A stretch of DNA of 64,000 nucleotides, from the IMG/VR virus record IMGVR_UViG_3300035698_024280; one strand, written 5' to 3'. The notes below the pieces were generated by a model that searched no databases, was not told the DNA's origin, and saw nothing but the letters and a program-made list of their open reading frames with translations. Source of the stretch: a virus. This document shows positions 9,596-19,124 of this stretch, one piece after another (positions within the stretch are counted from its first letter, which is position 1; the number at the start of each line of letters is the position of its first letter). The translations under genes were made by a program, and so were the position numbers.

Positions 9596-11053
9596 ATGGG
9601 TAAATATATATCACTTTCAGATATCTATACTAATACAGTAGTATTGCAGGAAGACGTTGAGTTGTTTGCGCAGGAGTTAGGTGAAGAAGCGCCAAAGTCT
9701 ATAGGGACTGTTGAGGATAGTTATTATAATGTTATTAGGCGCCAAGTTATAGCAAAACAAAAGGGAGGTACTGCTGATATTGTTCATAATATACTCAATC
9801 AATGTCGTTGGGACTCTGGTAAAAAGGTTGAATACGAGCAGAAGGTATTAATACCAGTATTAGATATAATTAATAATACTACCGATGTAGATATAGAAAA
9901 ATTTAAAGAATTTTCAGAAGCTAAAGAAACATTTGATTGGCTTGGTACAGAGATAGCGGGAGGTCAACCTTTTAATATTAAAAATGGCTGTATGAATGTT
10001 ATGAGTAGGTTTTTTAGTAACCCCCAGGCTGCATACGAATATATATATAATCATAATTTTGCTATTCAAACGGTTGCTGTTGGAAAGGGTGAGTTAGTTA
10101 TGTCAATGTTTTCAAATGCATCCAAAGGTGTGAGAGGCGACCTGGATGTACCTGGTATAGGCGAAGTTGAAATTAAAGGGGAAAATGGTAGACCTGGTAA
10201 GGGTAAAAATGCACTAAATGCTATTAAAGAACTCCCAAAGTTCTTAGAGACGCACGCAGGTAGGAATATATATAGTGGTAAGGAGATTAGGAAAAAAAGG
10301 GATTATATATTTCAATCATATGACGGTAGTATTTCAAGTCTTATAAATTATGCAACCTTAGGCATAGAAAAGGCTGAAAGCTTGAATAAAGATGCTTCAA
10401 TATTACATAATGTAATTGATATAGCTAATAACATTGTCAAAAATGTAGTATATGATAATAATTTTGAATTAACATCCGAAACGTTATCAGAGCTTCAACT
10501 GTTAATACCCACCGCGGATATTATTAGAAAAGGGGTAGGTCAACGAATACAAAAATTTATAGATGCTATAAATAATTATGAAGAGGCCTTAATAAGTGCT
10601 AACCCAGAAGAATATAGCTCGTCATGGGGTGATACTGTACGTAATACGTTTATGGTACCCTGGGGATTAAGTAAGGAATCATATATTGAAGGGCTGTTGT
10701 ATTTAATTAATGAGGATTTACCACCATCTATGGTATCCAGTTATAAGGATGCTCTAAATACTATATTAACTCCAGATGTTTTGGCAGCGATTTTAGCTAA
10801 TGATTCAAGAGGAGATTTAAAAGCTATAATTGGAACATTACATACAGTATCGTATCAATTTATTCACAAGTTCCCTGTTTTAATGTTTACAAATGAGAAG
10901 TCCTTTAATGTCTTCCCTATATTATTTAAATCTGAAGACCCATATATTAATTTTATTAACGTATATAATATATATACTAAAAACCCATTCAGATTAACTC
11001 TAGCATTAGACTCTCAGTTTGCTGCTGGAATACCGATAACATATTTAGGATAA
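9596..11053 (+). CDS. Hypothetical late protein with a putative PD-(D/E)XK nuclease motif
   Basis: GKGELVM...GDLDV...VEIKG fits an E...D...ExK restriction-endonuclease-fold core. Confidence 0.5.
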   Translation: MGKYISLSDIYTNTVVLQEDVELFAQELGEEAPKSIGTVEDSYYNVIRRQVIAKQKGGTADIVHNILNQCRWDSGKKVEYEQKVLIPVLDIINNTTDVDIEKFKEFSEAKETFDWLGTEIAGGQPFNIKNGCMNVMSRFFSNPQAAYEYIYNHNFAIQTVAVGKGELVMSMFSNASKGVRGDLDVPGIGEVEIKGENGRPGKGKNALNAIKELPKFLETHAGRNIYSGKEIRKKRDYIFQSYDGSISSLINYATLGIEKAESLNKDASILHNVIDIANNIVKNVVYDNNFELTSETLSELQLLIPTADIIRKGVGQRIQKFIDAINNYEEALISANPEEYSSSWGDTVRNTFMVPWGLSKESYIEGLLYLINEDLPPSMVSSYKDALNTILTPDVLAAILANDSRGDLKAIIGTLHTVSYQFIHKFPVLMFTNEKSFNVFPILFKSEDPYINFINVYNIYTKNPFRLTLALDSQFAAGIPITYLG

Positions 11054-11739
11054 TGAAAACACTTAAACAATATATAAAAATTTTAAATGAAGGTGGTAAT
11101 ATGTTTTCATCACGGAGAATTAAAAAGGCAGAGATTTGGCCTACCCTAAGACATTTAGAGTCTATAACTGGACTCCCGCTGAAAGATAATATATTAGGAT
11201 CTACCGGAAAGACGGAAACATCTGGAGATATCGATATAGTCGTAGATGACAGCATCATATCAAAGGATGAGTTAATTAGAGTGCTATTAAGCTCAGGGGC
11301 AACAATGGCGGATATTAGGAAGACTGGTATTCAAGTTGGATTTAGATCTCATATATTTCAAATTGATATGCAACCTCTAGAGGATACGGTTCAAGTTGAT
11401 TTTATGTTTCATGATGAGCCAGAGTTTTTAAAGTGGTTCTATGCTAGTAATGAATCTCCTCCATATAAAGGAAGAGATAGAAATATAACTATATCTGCTA
11501 TTGCAAAAGTGAAGGGGTTTAAAATATCTACAAAGGGGCTTGTAGATAGAGCCACTAATAATATAGTATCAAGGGACCCAGAAGAGATATCGAAGTTAAT
11601 TCTAGATGAAAAAGCAACCTCAAGAGATCTATTTAATATACCCGCCATTATTAAGGCTATTAGGTCAAGGTTTGATGAGGAAACAGTAAAAGGTATATTG
11701 AAGCAGGCAGAAGAAACCCTAGGTATCAATTTAGTATGA
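11053..11739 (+). CDS. Pol-beta superfamily nucleotidyltransferase
   Basis: LGSTGK...SGDIDIVVD and third Asp in VQVDFM; N-terminus MKTLKQYIKILNE. Confidence 0.8.
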   Translation: MKTLKQYIKILNEGGNMFSSRRIKKAEIWPTLRHLESITGLPLKDNILGSTGKTETSGDIDIVVDDSIISKDELIRVLLSSGATMADIRKTGIQVGFRSHIFQIDMQPLEDTVQVDFMFHDEPEFLKWFYASNESPPYKGRDRNITISAIAKVKGFKISTKGLVDRATNNIVSRDPEEISKLILDEKATSRDLFNIPAIIKAIRSRFDEETVKGILKQAEETLGINLV

Positions 11740-12869
11740 TAGAATTTAAAAATTATGTTTTTATAACTGAGGCAAGTGCTCGCATCCAGCACGCAGAAGA
11801 TATAATATTCTGGGAGGGAAGTCGCGGAGCGCTGAGATCAATTAAGTCTCTTAGAGATCTTCAGAATAATCACAGAGACGTTACCCTCAAGTGGGATGGC
11901 AGCCCAGCGATGATATTTGGGAGAGATAAGTCTGGAGATTTTATATTGACGGATAAATCCGGATTTACTGCGAAAGGTTATAACGGTCTAGCTAAATCTG
12001 GTGAGGAATTAAGAGAAATGTTTTTATCTAGAAGTGGGGGAGCTCGTCGCGAAGTTCCAAGCTATGTAGAGTTTGCGGATCGTATGGCTTCTATATTTAA
12101 TATGTTTAAACAGGCTGTGCCTAAGTCTTATAGGGGATTTTTTAAAGGTGATCTGCTCTATACTTCACCACCAAATATATATGGAGGTAATTATATATTT
12201 AAGCCTAATATAGTAGAGTATGGGGTTGATATATCTAGCGATTTGGGTAGGAGAATAAGTAAGTCAAAGGCTGGTATTGTTATACATAGGGAGGTTGATC
12301 CAGATGGAAATGAAACTGCTGTTACAAATGAAGATATATATAATAGTACAACTGTACTGGTTGTGCCTCCCGTCACTGTAGAGGAAGCTCCTGCACTCAA
12401 TATAAATGATTTAGATATTATACAAGATGCAATAATGAAAAATTCTGTATCTATTGATAAGATGTTAGATGAAAGGACATTGAGAGATATTAAACTTTCT
12501 AACTTTGCAACAATATTATATACATATACAAACTCAAAGGTTGACACCGGCCTCGATACTCTAGGTTTGGATTTTGTTGAGTGGGTGAGTACATCACCAA
12601 AGTTTACAGAAAATAAGAAACAAAATATAATAAATTATGTACAGGAAAATCTAGAAGCCTTCGGCGCAGTTTGGCAAATTGTAAACGGCATTATGAGAAT
12701 AAAGGATAATATAATAAATCAATTCGATAGTAGATCTCAGATAGTTAAGCAGAGTATAAATGGGCAGGTAGGTGGGGAAGGGTATGTATTAGCTCATACT
12801 GGTGGAGATATTAAGTTGGTACCTAGAGAGACCTTTTCTAAGGCAAACAGATCAATAACGAGAGAATAA
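11736..12869 (+). CDS. ATP-dependent ligase-superfamily (lysyl-NMP) protein, RNA-ligase-like; conserved in T4-like phages
   Basis: Motif I KWDG, III FKGDLLY, IV GEGYV, V IKLV. Confidence 0.7.
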   Translation: MIEFKNYVFITEASARIQHAEDIIFWEGSRGALRSIKSLRDLQNNHRDVTLKWDGSPAMIFGRDKSGDFILTDKSGFTAKGYNGLAKSGEELREMFLSRSGGARREVPSYVEFADRMASIFNMFKQAVPKSYRGFFKGDLLYTSPPNIYGGNYIFKPNIVEYGVDISSDLGRRISKSKAGIVIHREVDPDGNETAVTNEDIYNSTTVLVVPPVTVEEAPALNINDLDIIQDAIMKNSVSIDKMLDERTLRDIKLSNFATILYTYTNSKVDTGLDTLGLDFVEWVSTSPKFTENKKQNIINYVQENLEAFGAVWQIVNGIMRIKDNIINQFDSRSQIVKQSINGQVGGEGYVLAHTGGDIKLVPRETFSKANRSITRE

Positions 12870-12870
12870 T

Positions 12871-13413
12871 ATGATTAAATTTGATGATTACGTTAATGCA
12901 AAAAATGCTGAAAAAATTGCATTATTACCAGGGGGGTTTAAACCTCCAACGTCTGGTCATTTCGAAGCGTTTAAATATTTACTGAATGACTGTAGCCGTG
13001 GTATTATATTTATAGGTAAAAAAGATAGAGACGATATATCCGCCCTGCAATCTAAGGCTATATGGCAAATATATTCCAAATATTTAAATAAGCCAATTGA
13101 TATACAAATAGCAGATGTAACGCCTGTTAGAAGTGTTTATACCTTTGCAGATGATAATATGGGTATACCAATAAAGGTAGGTGCAGGTGCAAAAGATGAG
13201 GATATTGTAAGATATGACGGCTTCACTGATAATGCAGAAAAATATGCCCTTGTAGAGGTAGTAAAAATACCTCTACAAGCTGGAGGCATTTCAGGGTCAA
13301 TGACTAGAGAGTTAATTTCAACTGATATTGCAGCAGCTATTAATTATTTTACACCGTCGGTCATATCTACTTCAGATAAAGAATTAATTATGTCAATTCT
13401 TGGAGTGTCATAG
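12871..13413 (+). CDS. HIGH-superfamily nucleotidyltransferase (cytidylyltransferase/NMNAT/PPAT-like)
   Basis: PGGFKPPTSGH (HxGH-like) and C-terminal ISGSMTR. Confidence 0.8.
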   Translation: MIKFDDYVNAKNAEKIALLPGGFKPPTSGHFEAFKYLLNDCSRGIIFIGKKDRDDISALQSKAIWQIYSKYLNKPIDIQIADVTPVRSVYTFADDNMGIPIKVGAGAKDEDIVRYDGFTDNAEKYALVEVVKIPLQAGGISGSMTRELISTDIAAAINYFTPSVISTSDKELIMSILGVS

Positions 13414-13642
13414 CTATATTCTTAAGAGTAGATACCTTAGTAATATCTATAGACTCTGGGTCTATTTGTTTGGCCGACGCTATTATTAATCTAATTGCAT
13501 CAGCAGCATCATTAATTTCTTTTGTCACTATATTAACTGAATGGGATTGTATTGGAGATATTGTGCCAGCCATCCCAGGGGATAGGCCGATAGTTTCTGA
13601 CAATACTTTATCCATAAATTGCTTTGTTGATGGGTTAATCAT
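13388..13642 (-). CDS. Small hypothetical protein
   Basis: ORF with TAAATA upstream on the minus strand; N-terminus ends VLSE. Confidence 0.5.
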   Translation of the reverse strand: MINPSTKQFMDKVLSETIGLSPGMAGTISPIQSHSVNIVTKEINDAADAIRLIIASAKQIDPESIDITKVSTLKNIAMTLQELT

Positions 13643-13711
13643 ATTAATTACTCAATCATTATTTAGTAATATATGTATAAAAGGGCAATAGTTGACTAAA
13701 TAATATTAGTT

Positions 13712-14029
13712 ATGGGACAGAATTTTACAGATAATAATGGTACTACATATGTTAATATTAATCAATGTCGCACTTTTAATATAGAAGCTTCTGCTGTATT
13801 AAAGGCGCTTGAAATACAGCCATGCGCTGAGGTTGTTATATTGAATACTTCTGGAAATCCCCTATCTGCCTTTGACGCGGGCTTTATATCCACTAAATAT
13901 GCAATGATTATACCAGATGGTACTGAGTTTACATTAAGAGGTATAACTAATAGTAATCAGGTCAGTGCAATGGGCGATGGTAATTTTTCATACCGTACTC
14001 AATTCTTTAGTAGTAACCCGCAGCGGTAA
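13712..14029 (+). CDS. Small beta-rich hypothetical late protein (possible capsid decoration/structural)
   Basis: TAAATA 9 nt upstream; beta-strand-like composition. Confidence 0.55.
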   Translation: MGQNFTDNNGTTYVNINQCRTFNIEASAVLKALEIQPCAEVVILNTSGNPLSAFDAGFISTKYAMIIPDGTEFTLRGITNSNQVSAMGDGNFSYRTQFFSSNPQR

Positions 14030-14067
14030 GTAAAAGCTATATATAGCTAGTTTATTTTGTATTATTG

Positions 14068-14075
14068 TATAAATA
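14068..14075 (+). promoter_or_regulatory. T4-type late promoter TATAAATA
   Basis: Exact consensus upstream of ATG 14095. Confidence 0.75.
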
Positions 14076-14094
14076 TATTTATATATAAAATAAA

Positions 14095-16662
14095 ATGATT
14101 GTGTTTAGCGAGAAGGTGAATCCCACCTTTACTAGCTCTAATCTCAACGTTATTACAGTTAAGGGTTTTACTGAAATCTTTTATGACGTTTTTGAATTAG
14201 AGATAAACGGGAATAAATTTGTAGTTGAGAAGGTCTCTGAGAATAATGGCATACCTATTGTTAGTATACCGGTAACATACGGGGGTGTACAGCAGGAGGT
14301 TCCTTTTTTGTTGGAGACTGGCGATATGTTCAAGGTCTTTTATAATAAGGATAATCAGAAAAAATATAAGCGGATTAAATCCGGCCGTATTAACGATTAT
14401 AATCCAACTATTGAGCTTATCGAGTCTAAAATTGATGAGGATCTGCTACCATTAGAGATAGTATCTGCCGAGGAAAAAGTAGATATTATAAGAGACGTTA
14501 AGGCCTCTGCTAGAGATTATATAAAAAATACTAGTAGACAATATATAGAAAATCAAAAAACTCAAATATCTAAATTTGAAGAGATAAAAAAAGCAGAAAT
14601 AGATAATGTAGGAGATGAGTTAAAAATCAGTATGTTGAATGAATTTAACATAATTACAGAAGATATAAAATCTAAGGTATTAAACGAATTTGACATCATC
14701 ACTGGATCTATAAAGTCGGGCTTTATAGTAGATAATAATAGGGAAATTGCAAGAGCCTCTACGGATATAAAGAAGCAGGTAGGCTTGGAGATTAAAAAAA
14801 GCAGAGATATATTACAAGAATGTAGGGATACTGCAACTACCTTAAGAAGTGATCTCTTAGAAGAGTTTAAATCTATTGCATCATCAGTAGGCAAAAATTT
14901 ATCTACAAAAAACGCTACCGAGTTTAATAAAACAACCAATATTTATAGAGCTCAAGCAGCATCTGAAATAAAAAGAATAGGTATTGTATTATCTAAATTT
15001 GAAACTGTTACAGATTCTATAAGACTAAAGCTAACTGAGGAAAACTCTGATGAGCTTCAAAGAATAGGTGAAATACTCAATAGGCAGGTAGTAGTAGAGG
15101 CTGAGAATAGTGAAGAGAAAATACTAGAAATTAAAAAAAATTCTAATAGGGCGTTATCTAGATTAGGTAATATGCATCGTGAGATTAGTATTATAAGTGA
15201 GAGAATATCACAGCAAAAGAAAGATATAGTTAAATTTTATAATGATAGAATAGATGTAATTCAAAGTGAAAGAGTCGGAGATAAACAAGAGATTTTAAAA
15301 ATAATAGAGAGTAGTAGGCGTTCAATTTTAACAGAAATATCTAAAATTGAGACAGATGTTCCAAATATTGTAGTTACGGAGGGTTCAAAAAATATTAAAA
15401 CAATAGACCTTAAGTCTATTAAAAGGGAGATTGAATCTAAAGTAGATACTAGATTTGAGAGAGAAATTAGAAATCTTCGACGAATTATAGAGCTCTCAGC
15501 TGGTGGGGGTTCTGTTGCAATGCAGTTTGCTGATGGTGGTGTAATGAATGGCAATCTAGTAGTTGTTGGTACTTTATCTGCAAGAAAATATCTCGGGGTA
15601 GGGGATAACTCTCACCCACCCCCACAGACCTTAGCTTTTGATAATGATACCACGATGCTGCTGATAAGCGATGGTAATTCAGTTAGCTTATCAGCATTAT
15701 CTGGTAGCACGTATAAAGAGACTGACCCAATATTTTCAGCATTTCAACTATCAGGCGGTAATATAGCCGGGCCGTTAACTATTATTGGACCCTTATCTTC
15801 TAATGATTACCTAGGGGTAAATTCACTATCTAAAGAGTGGCAGCAGAATAGTCACGGTTTCGCTGTCGGTGAAATTATATATGGATCAGAAAACAACTGG
15901 GTGAAGAGTATAGCTGATGATTCTGGTCAGTCTGAAATGTCTGGTATAGTAACTGCAATTAAAGATGATAACACATTTACACTATCTTCAGATGGTTATA
16001 TTAAAGGACTGACTGGATTAAGTGCAGATTCACTATATTTTTTATCTGATACTGTAGCAGGCTCTATGACTAGTGTAAAGCCAACAACCATAGGTTTTAT
16101 TAATAAGGCGGTATTTTGGGCTACATCAGATAGTGGGGGATATATTAAGCATTATATTGGGGATGTTATTACCAGTATTAATGCAGAGACCGCAGCGGAA
16201 TTATTAGTATTATTAGGGGTGCACCATCATAAGGTACAGACATATACCGGAGATTTACAACTAGTAACTACTACCCATGTAGATGTTGTAGGCTCAGATT
16301 ATACAGTCACACCAAAACTATCAAATAGTAGAATTTTATATAATTTATCACTATCTATAAGCCCACAACCGCAAGAAGTGCTTAATAATAATACAGGTGG
16401 TGTCTGTCACTTTAAATGCTGGGTAGATGGGGTAGAGATTACAGCGTTTAGAAAAACTACTGAAACCTTCCCGGGCGATAATATGGTAAATGTCTCGTTT
16501 GTTTATGAAAATACCTCTTTAACTGAAAAGGATTTTAAATTAACATGTAGAGAGTATTCTACGACTCGGGAGATGCGACTACATACAACGAATGAGTGGG
16601 ATGGTTCATTAGATGATCAACCGAGCGGTGCAGTATTAACGGTAACCGAATATGCTCCCTAA
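14095..16662 (+). CDS. Large structural protein: long coiled coil plus fibre-like C-terminal domains (whisker/fibritin- or fibre-like)
   Basis: ~450 aa heptad-rich region, hinge RRIIELSAGGGSV, then beta-rich fibre repeats; TATAAATA upstream. Confidence 0.55.
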   Translation: MIVFSEKVNPTFTSSNLNVITVKGFTEIFYDVFELEINGNKFVVEKVSENNGIPIVSIPVTYGGVQQEVPFLLETGDMFKVFYNKDNQKKYKRIKSGRINDYNPTIELIESKIDEDLLPLEIVSAEEKVDIIRDVKASARDYIKNTSRQYIENQKTQISKFEEIKKAEIDNVGDELKISMLNEFNIITEDIKSKVLNEFDIITGSIKSGFIVDNNREIARASTDIKKQVGLEIKKSRDILQECRDTATTLRSDLLEEFKSIASSVGKNLSTKNATEFNKTTNIYRAQAASEIKRIGIVLSKFETVTDSIRLKLTEENSDELQRIGEILNRQVVVEAENSEEKILEIKKNSNRALSRLGNMHREISIISERISQQKKDIVKFYNDRIDVIQSERVGDKQEILKIIESSRRSILTEISKIETDVPNIVVTEGSKNIKTIDLKSIKREIESKVDTRFEREIRNLRRIIELSAGGGSVAMQFADGGVMNGNLVVVGTLSARKYLGVGDNSHPPPQTLAFDNDTTMLLISDGNSVSLSALSGSTYKETDPIFSAFQLSGGNIAGPLTIIGPLSSNDYLGVNSLSKEWQQNSHGFAVGEIIYGSENNWVKSIADDSGQSEMSGIVTAIKDDNTFTLSSDGYIKGLTGLSADSLYFLSDTVAGSMTSVKPTTIGFINKAVFWATSDSGGYIKHYIGDVITSINAETAAELLVLLGVHHHKVQTYTGDLQLVTTTHVDVVGSDYTVTPKLSNSRILYNLSLSISPQPQEVLNNNTGGVCHFKCWVDGVEITAFRKTTETFPGDNMVNVSFVYENTSLTEKDFKLTCREYSTTREMRLHTTNEWDGSLDDQPSGAVLTVTEYAP

Positions 16663-16680
16663 TAATAAATAACTATAGTA

Positions 16681-17454
16681 ATGCAAAGTGAAATTGACAA
16701 AGATATCGACTCTCTTCTGGATCTGTTTAGGAATCCGCCGGTAAACCCTCCTGGTGGAGATGTAGAGAATTATAAGGCAATCTTAGAGTTTAAGATAAAA
16801 AAATTATTAAGACAGAAGTTTGAAGATATTAATAGCTCTCTAGAGACTGATTTTCAATCTCTTATGGTACAACTTCGTCGTGGTTCTCAGATTGAAATGA
16901 AAAATACAGATAATAAGATGTCTGCTCAAAAGATGGCAATGGATCGGTTAGAGAATGATCCTAATCATTATACTAAACAGCCAGATATTAATGTACGGGA
17001 AAATTTTAATAGTAAAAATGATGCATTTAATAATATTAGTACGATAGCCGCCCTGCTTGAGAGAGAGGAGCTGGGCCTAGTTGAGACTATTAAGATTGGT
17101 GGAATTGACTCAGCAATTGAGGCCTTAATAGACTCAGGCAACGGAGCACATAATGTACTCCATGGGGTAGATATCGAAGATTCTGGGAATCAGGTATCAT
17201 TTACTACTGTCGATGATATAAGAATGACAGTAGATAAAGTAGATAATATAACTATCCACGTCGGCGCAGGCAATGATGAGGAAAGACCTGTAGTAGAGTT
17301 TACAATTGAACTAGGTAGTAAGGTATATCCTTCTGTTTTATTTAGTATAGGAGATAGAACAGAAAATCAGCACCCAGTATTAATAGGTGCTGATTTTATA
17401 AGCCAGATCGATGCGCTAATCGATGTAAATAAAACTATGGTAACTACTATCTAA
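16681..17454 (+). CDS. Protein with C-terminal retropepsin-like aspartic protease domain (RimK-associated 'Zn protease' family)
   Basis: EALIDSGNG, ERPVV, FSIGDR...PVLIG. Confidence 0.75.
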   Translation: MQSEIDKDIDSLLDLFRNPPVNPPGGDVENYKAILEFKIKKLLRQKFEDINSSLETDFQSLMVQLRRGSQIEMKNTDNKMSAQKMAMDRLENDPNHYTKQPDINVRENFNSKNDAFNNISTIAALLEREELGLVETIKIGGIDSAIEALIDSGNGAHNVLHGVDIEDSGNQVSFTTVDDIRMTVDKVDNITIHVGAGNDEERPVVEFTIELGSKVYPSVLFSIGDRTENQHPVLIGADFISQIDALIDVNKTMVTTI

Positions 17455-18091
17455 TATCTTTTTTTGCAAATTCAATAAACTTATAAAATTCTACGCGACT
17501 CGTATCACCTTTATCTAAAAAGGTACCAGTCATTCTTGCAGTTCTCATAGTAGAGTTATGTTTAATTCCTCTATTCGAGCAGCAAGTATGATTCGCTTCG
17601 ATTACTACTGCAACACCTTGATTATCTACACATATCTCATCAATAAATTTAGATATTTGAGAGGTCAAGGATTCTTGAACTTGGGGGCGGCGAGCAAACC
17701 AATCAACTACTCGATTTAACTTACTAAGACCTATAACCTTACCGCCAGCTGACGGTATATACCCAACGTGAGCAACGCCACTAAAGGGCATCCAGTGATG
17801 TGAGCATATAGATTTAAGATCAATGTTTGTTTGAGCGACTATACCATCATAATTATCAGTATTATCGAAAGCTGTAATTTTCGGACCATCGTGGAAGCAA
17901 CCAGAGCATATATCATTAACAATTGCCTTTGCAAATCGCATCGGTGTATCTCTTGAGTTTGGGTCTTCTTCCCACTTAAATCCGAGACTTGACATAAACT
18001 CTCCAAAGTGACCGGAGGCTTCTTCTATTCGCTTTTGACGCTCTTTATCATCAAGAGGCATATTTTGATTGGCATATTTAATAAATTCCAT
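17447..18091 (-). CDS. folE: GTP cyclohydrolase I
   Basis: SICSHH, IGLSKLNRVVDWFARRPQVQESLT, HTCCSNRG; Zn ligands present. Confidence 0.97.
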   Translation of the reverse strand: MEFIKYANQNMPLDDKERQKRIEEASGHFGEFMSSLGFKWEEDPNSRDTPMRFAKAIVNDICSGCFHDGPKITAFDNTDNYDGIVAQTNIDLKSICSHHWMPFSGVAHVGYIPSAGGKVIGLSKLNRVVDWFARRPQVQESLTSQISKFIDEICVDNQGVAVVIEANHTCCSNRGIKHNSTMRTARMTGTFLDKGDTSRVEFYKFIEFAKKDIR

Positions 18092-18168
18092 ATATATAAT
18101 GATAGTATATAAAGTAGAAATTTAAAGGTTTTTTTTTGTTTTTTTTTCAATATAGCATAAATATATTT

Positions 18169-19077
18169 GTGAAGCAGTTTAATAAAATATTAAATTCCTA
18201 TATTTCATCCCGTAAAGGTCTAATTAAGGTCAGGCTGAAGGTTGACCCTAGAAATAGAGAAGGGGTAGATTATAGGTCGTTTGATGGATATGAGGGATAT
18301 ATACTCAGAGAAGGTGAGAGTTATAATGTAATATTGTTAGAGACTGACCTTCCAGTTATGCGAGTCCCGTTCTCTATTGTCCAGATATCTAAGATAAGTG
18401 ACCCTGATAAATTTGATCAGGTAAAATATGCTGCGATAAAGCAGCTAAAGTCTGAAAATAAATTAAGCGATCGTAAAGCTTGTGTAATTAAAAATTGTAA
18501 GAATATTGATTTTTTTGAGCAATATCTACGAGCAGAGGGTATGACAGATTTTGATATTAAAAATATATATAAAAAATCTCTTTTTAATATTAGCCTCTCT
18601 GAGAAGGTAAATTGGAATAATATAAGGAAGGTCGCTAAGGTTGCAGGTAAGGCAATAATTGCCCCGTCAGCTGTTATAGATGATGCTCTCGCTTCAACAA
18701 CGTCCAAAAAAATAAAAGAAAGAGCAACAAATATATTTAAATCGCCTAATAATCAGACTGATGCATCGTCGAGCCGATCCTGGGGCCCTATTCATACTCA
18801 ACAATTTGAAAGCTCATTAGTATCAGGTGAGTGGCATATAAATGATATATCGAGTGTAGGTAATATTAAAATATTTGAGAGAAAGATAGAGAATGCGACT
18901 GAATTACTCTTTATAACCTACGATAATAATAATATTTCTAATATTACTACAAATATATCTGCGGATATTATATCTCAATATGATCTCACCCGTCTTAATA
19001 AGATATTAAATACCTTTTCCCCTACATTAATTAACACTATTAGTAACAGTAGCAAAAATATAGTATCTTTATTGTAA
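18169..19077 (+). CDS. Hypothetical late protein
   Basis: GTG at 18169, 5 nt after TAAATA; MKQFNKIL N-terminus shared with the 9193 ORF. Confidence 0.55.
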   Translation: MKQFNKILNSYISSRKGLIKVRLKVDPRNREGVDYRSFDGYEGYILREGESYNVILLETDLPVMRVPFSIVQISKISDPDKFDQVKYAAIKQLKSENKLSDRKACVIKNCKNIDFFEQYLRAEGMTDFDIKNIYKKSLFNISLSEKVNWNNIRKVAKVAGKAIIAPSAVIDDALASTTSKKIKERATNIFKSPNNQTDASSSRSWGPIHTQQFESSLVSGEWHINDISSVGNIKIFERKIENATELLFITYDNNNISNITTNISADIISQYDLTRLNKILNTFSPTLINTISNSSKNIVSLL

Positions 19078-19083
19078 TATAAG

Positions 19084-19111
19084 TTGCCCATAAGGAAAAC
19101 GACATTATATT
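19084..19111 (+). promoter_or_regulatory. Possible sigma70-type promoter for queD
   Basis: TTGCCC-16-TATATT. Confidence 0.45.
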
Positions 19112-19124
19112 ATATATATACATT

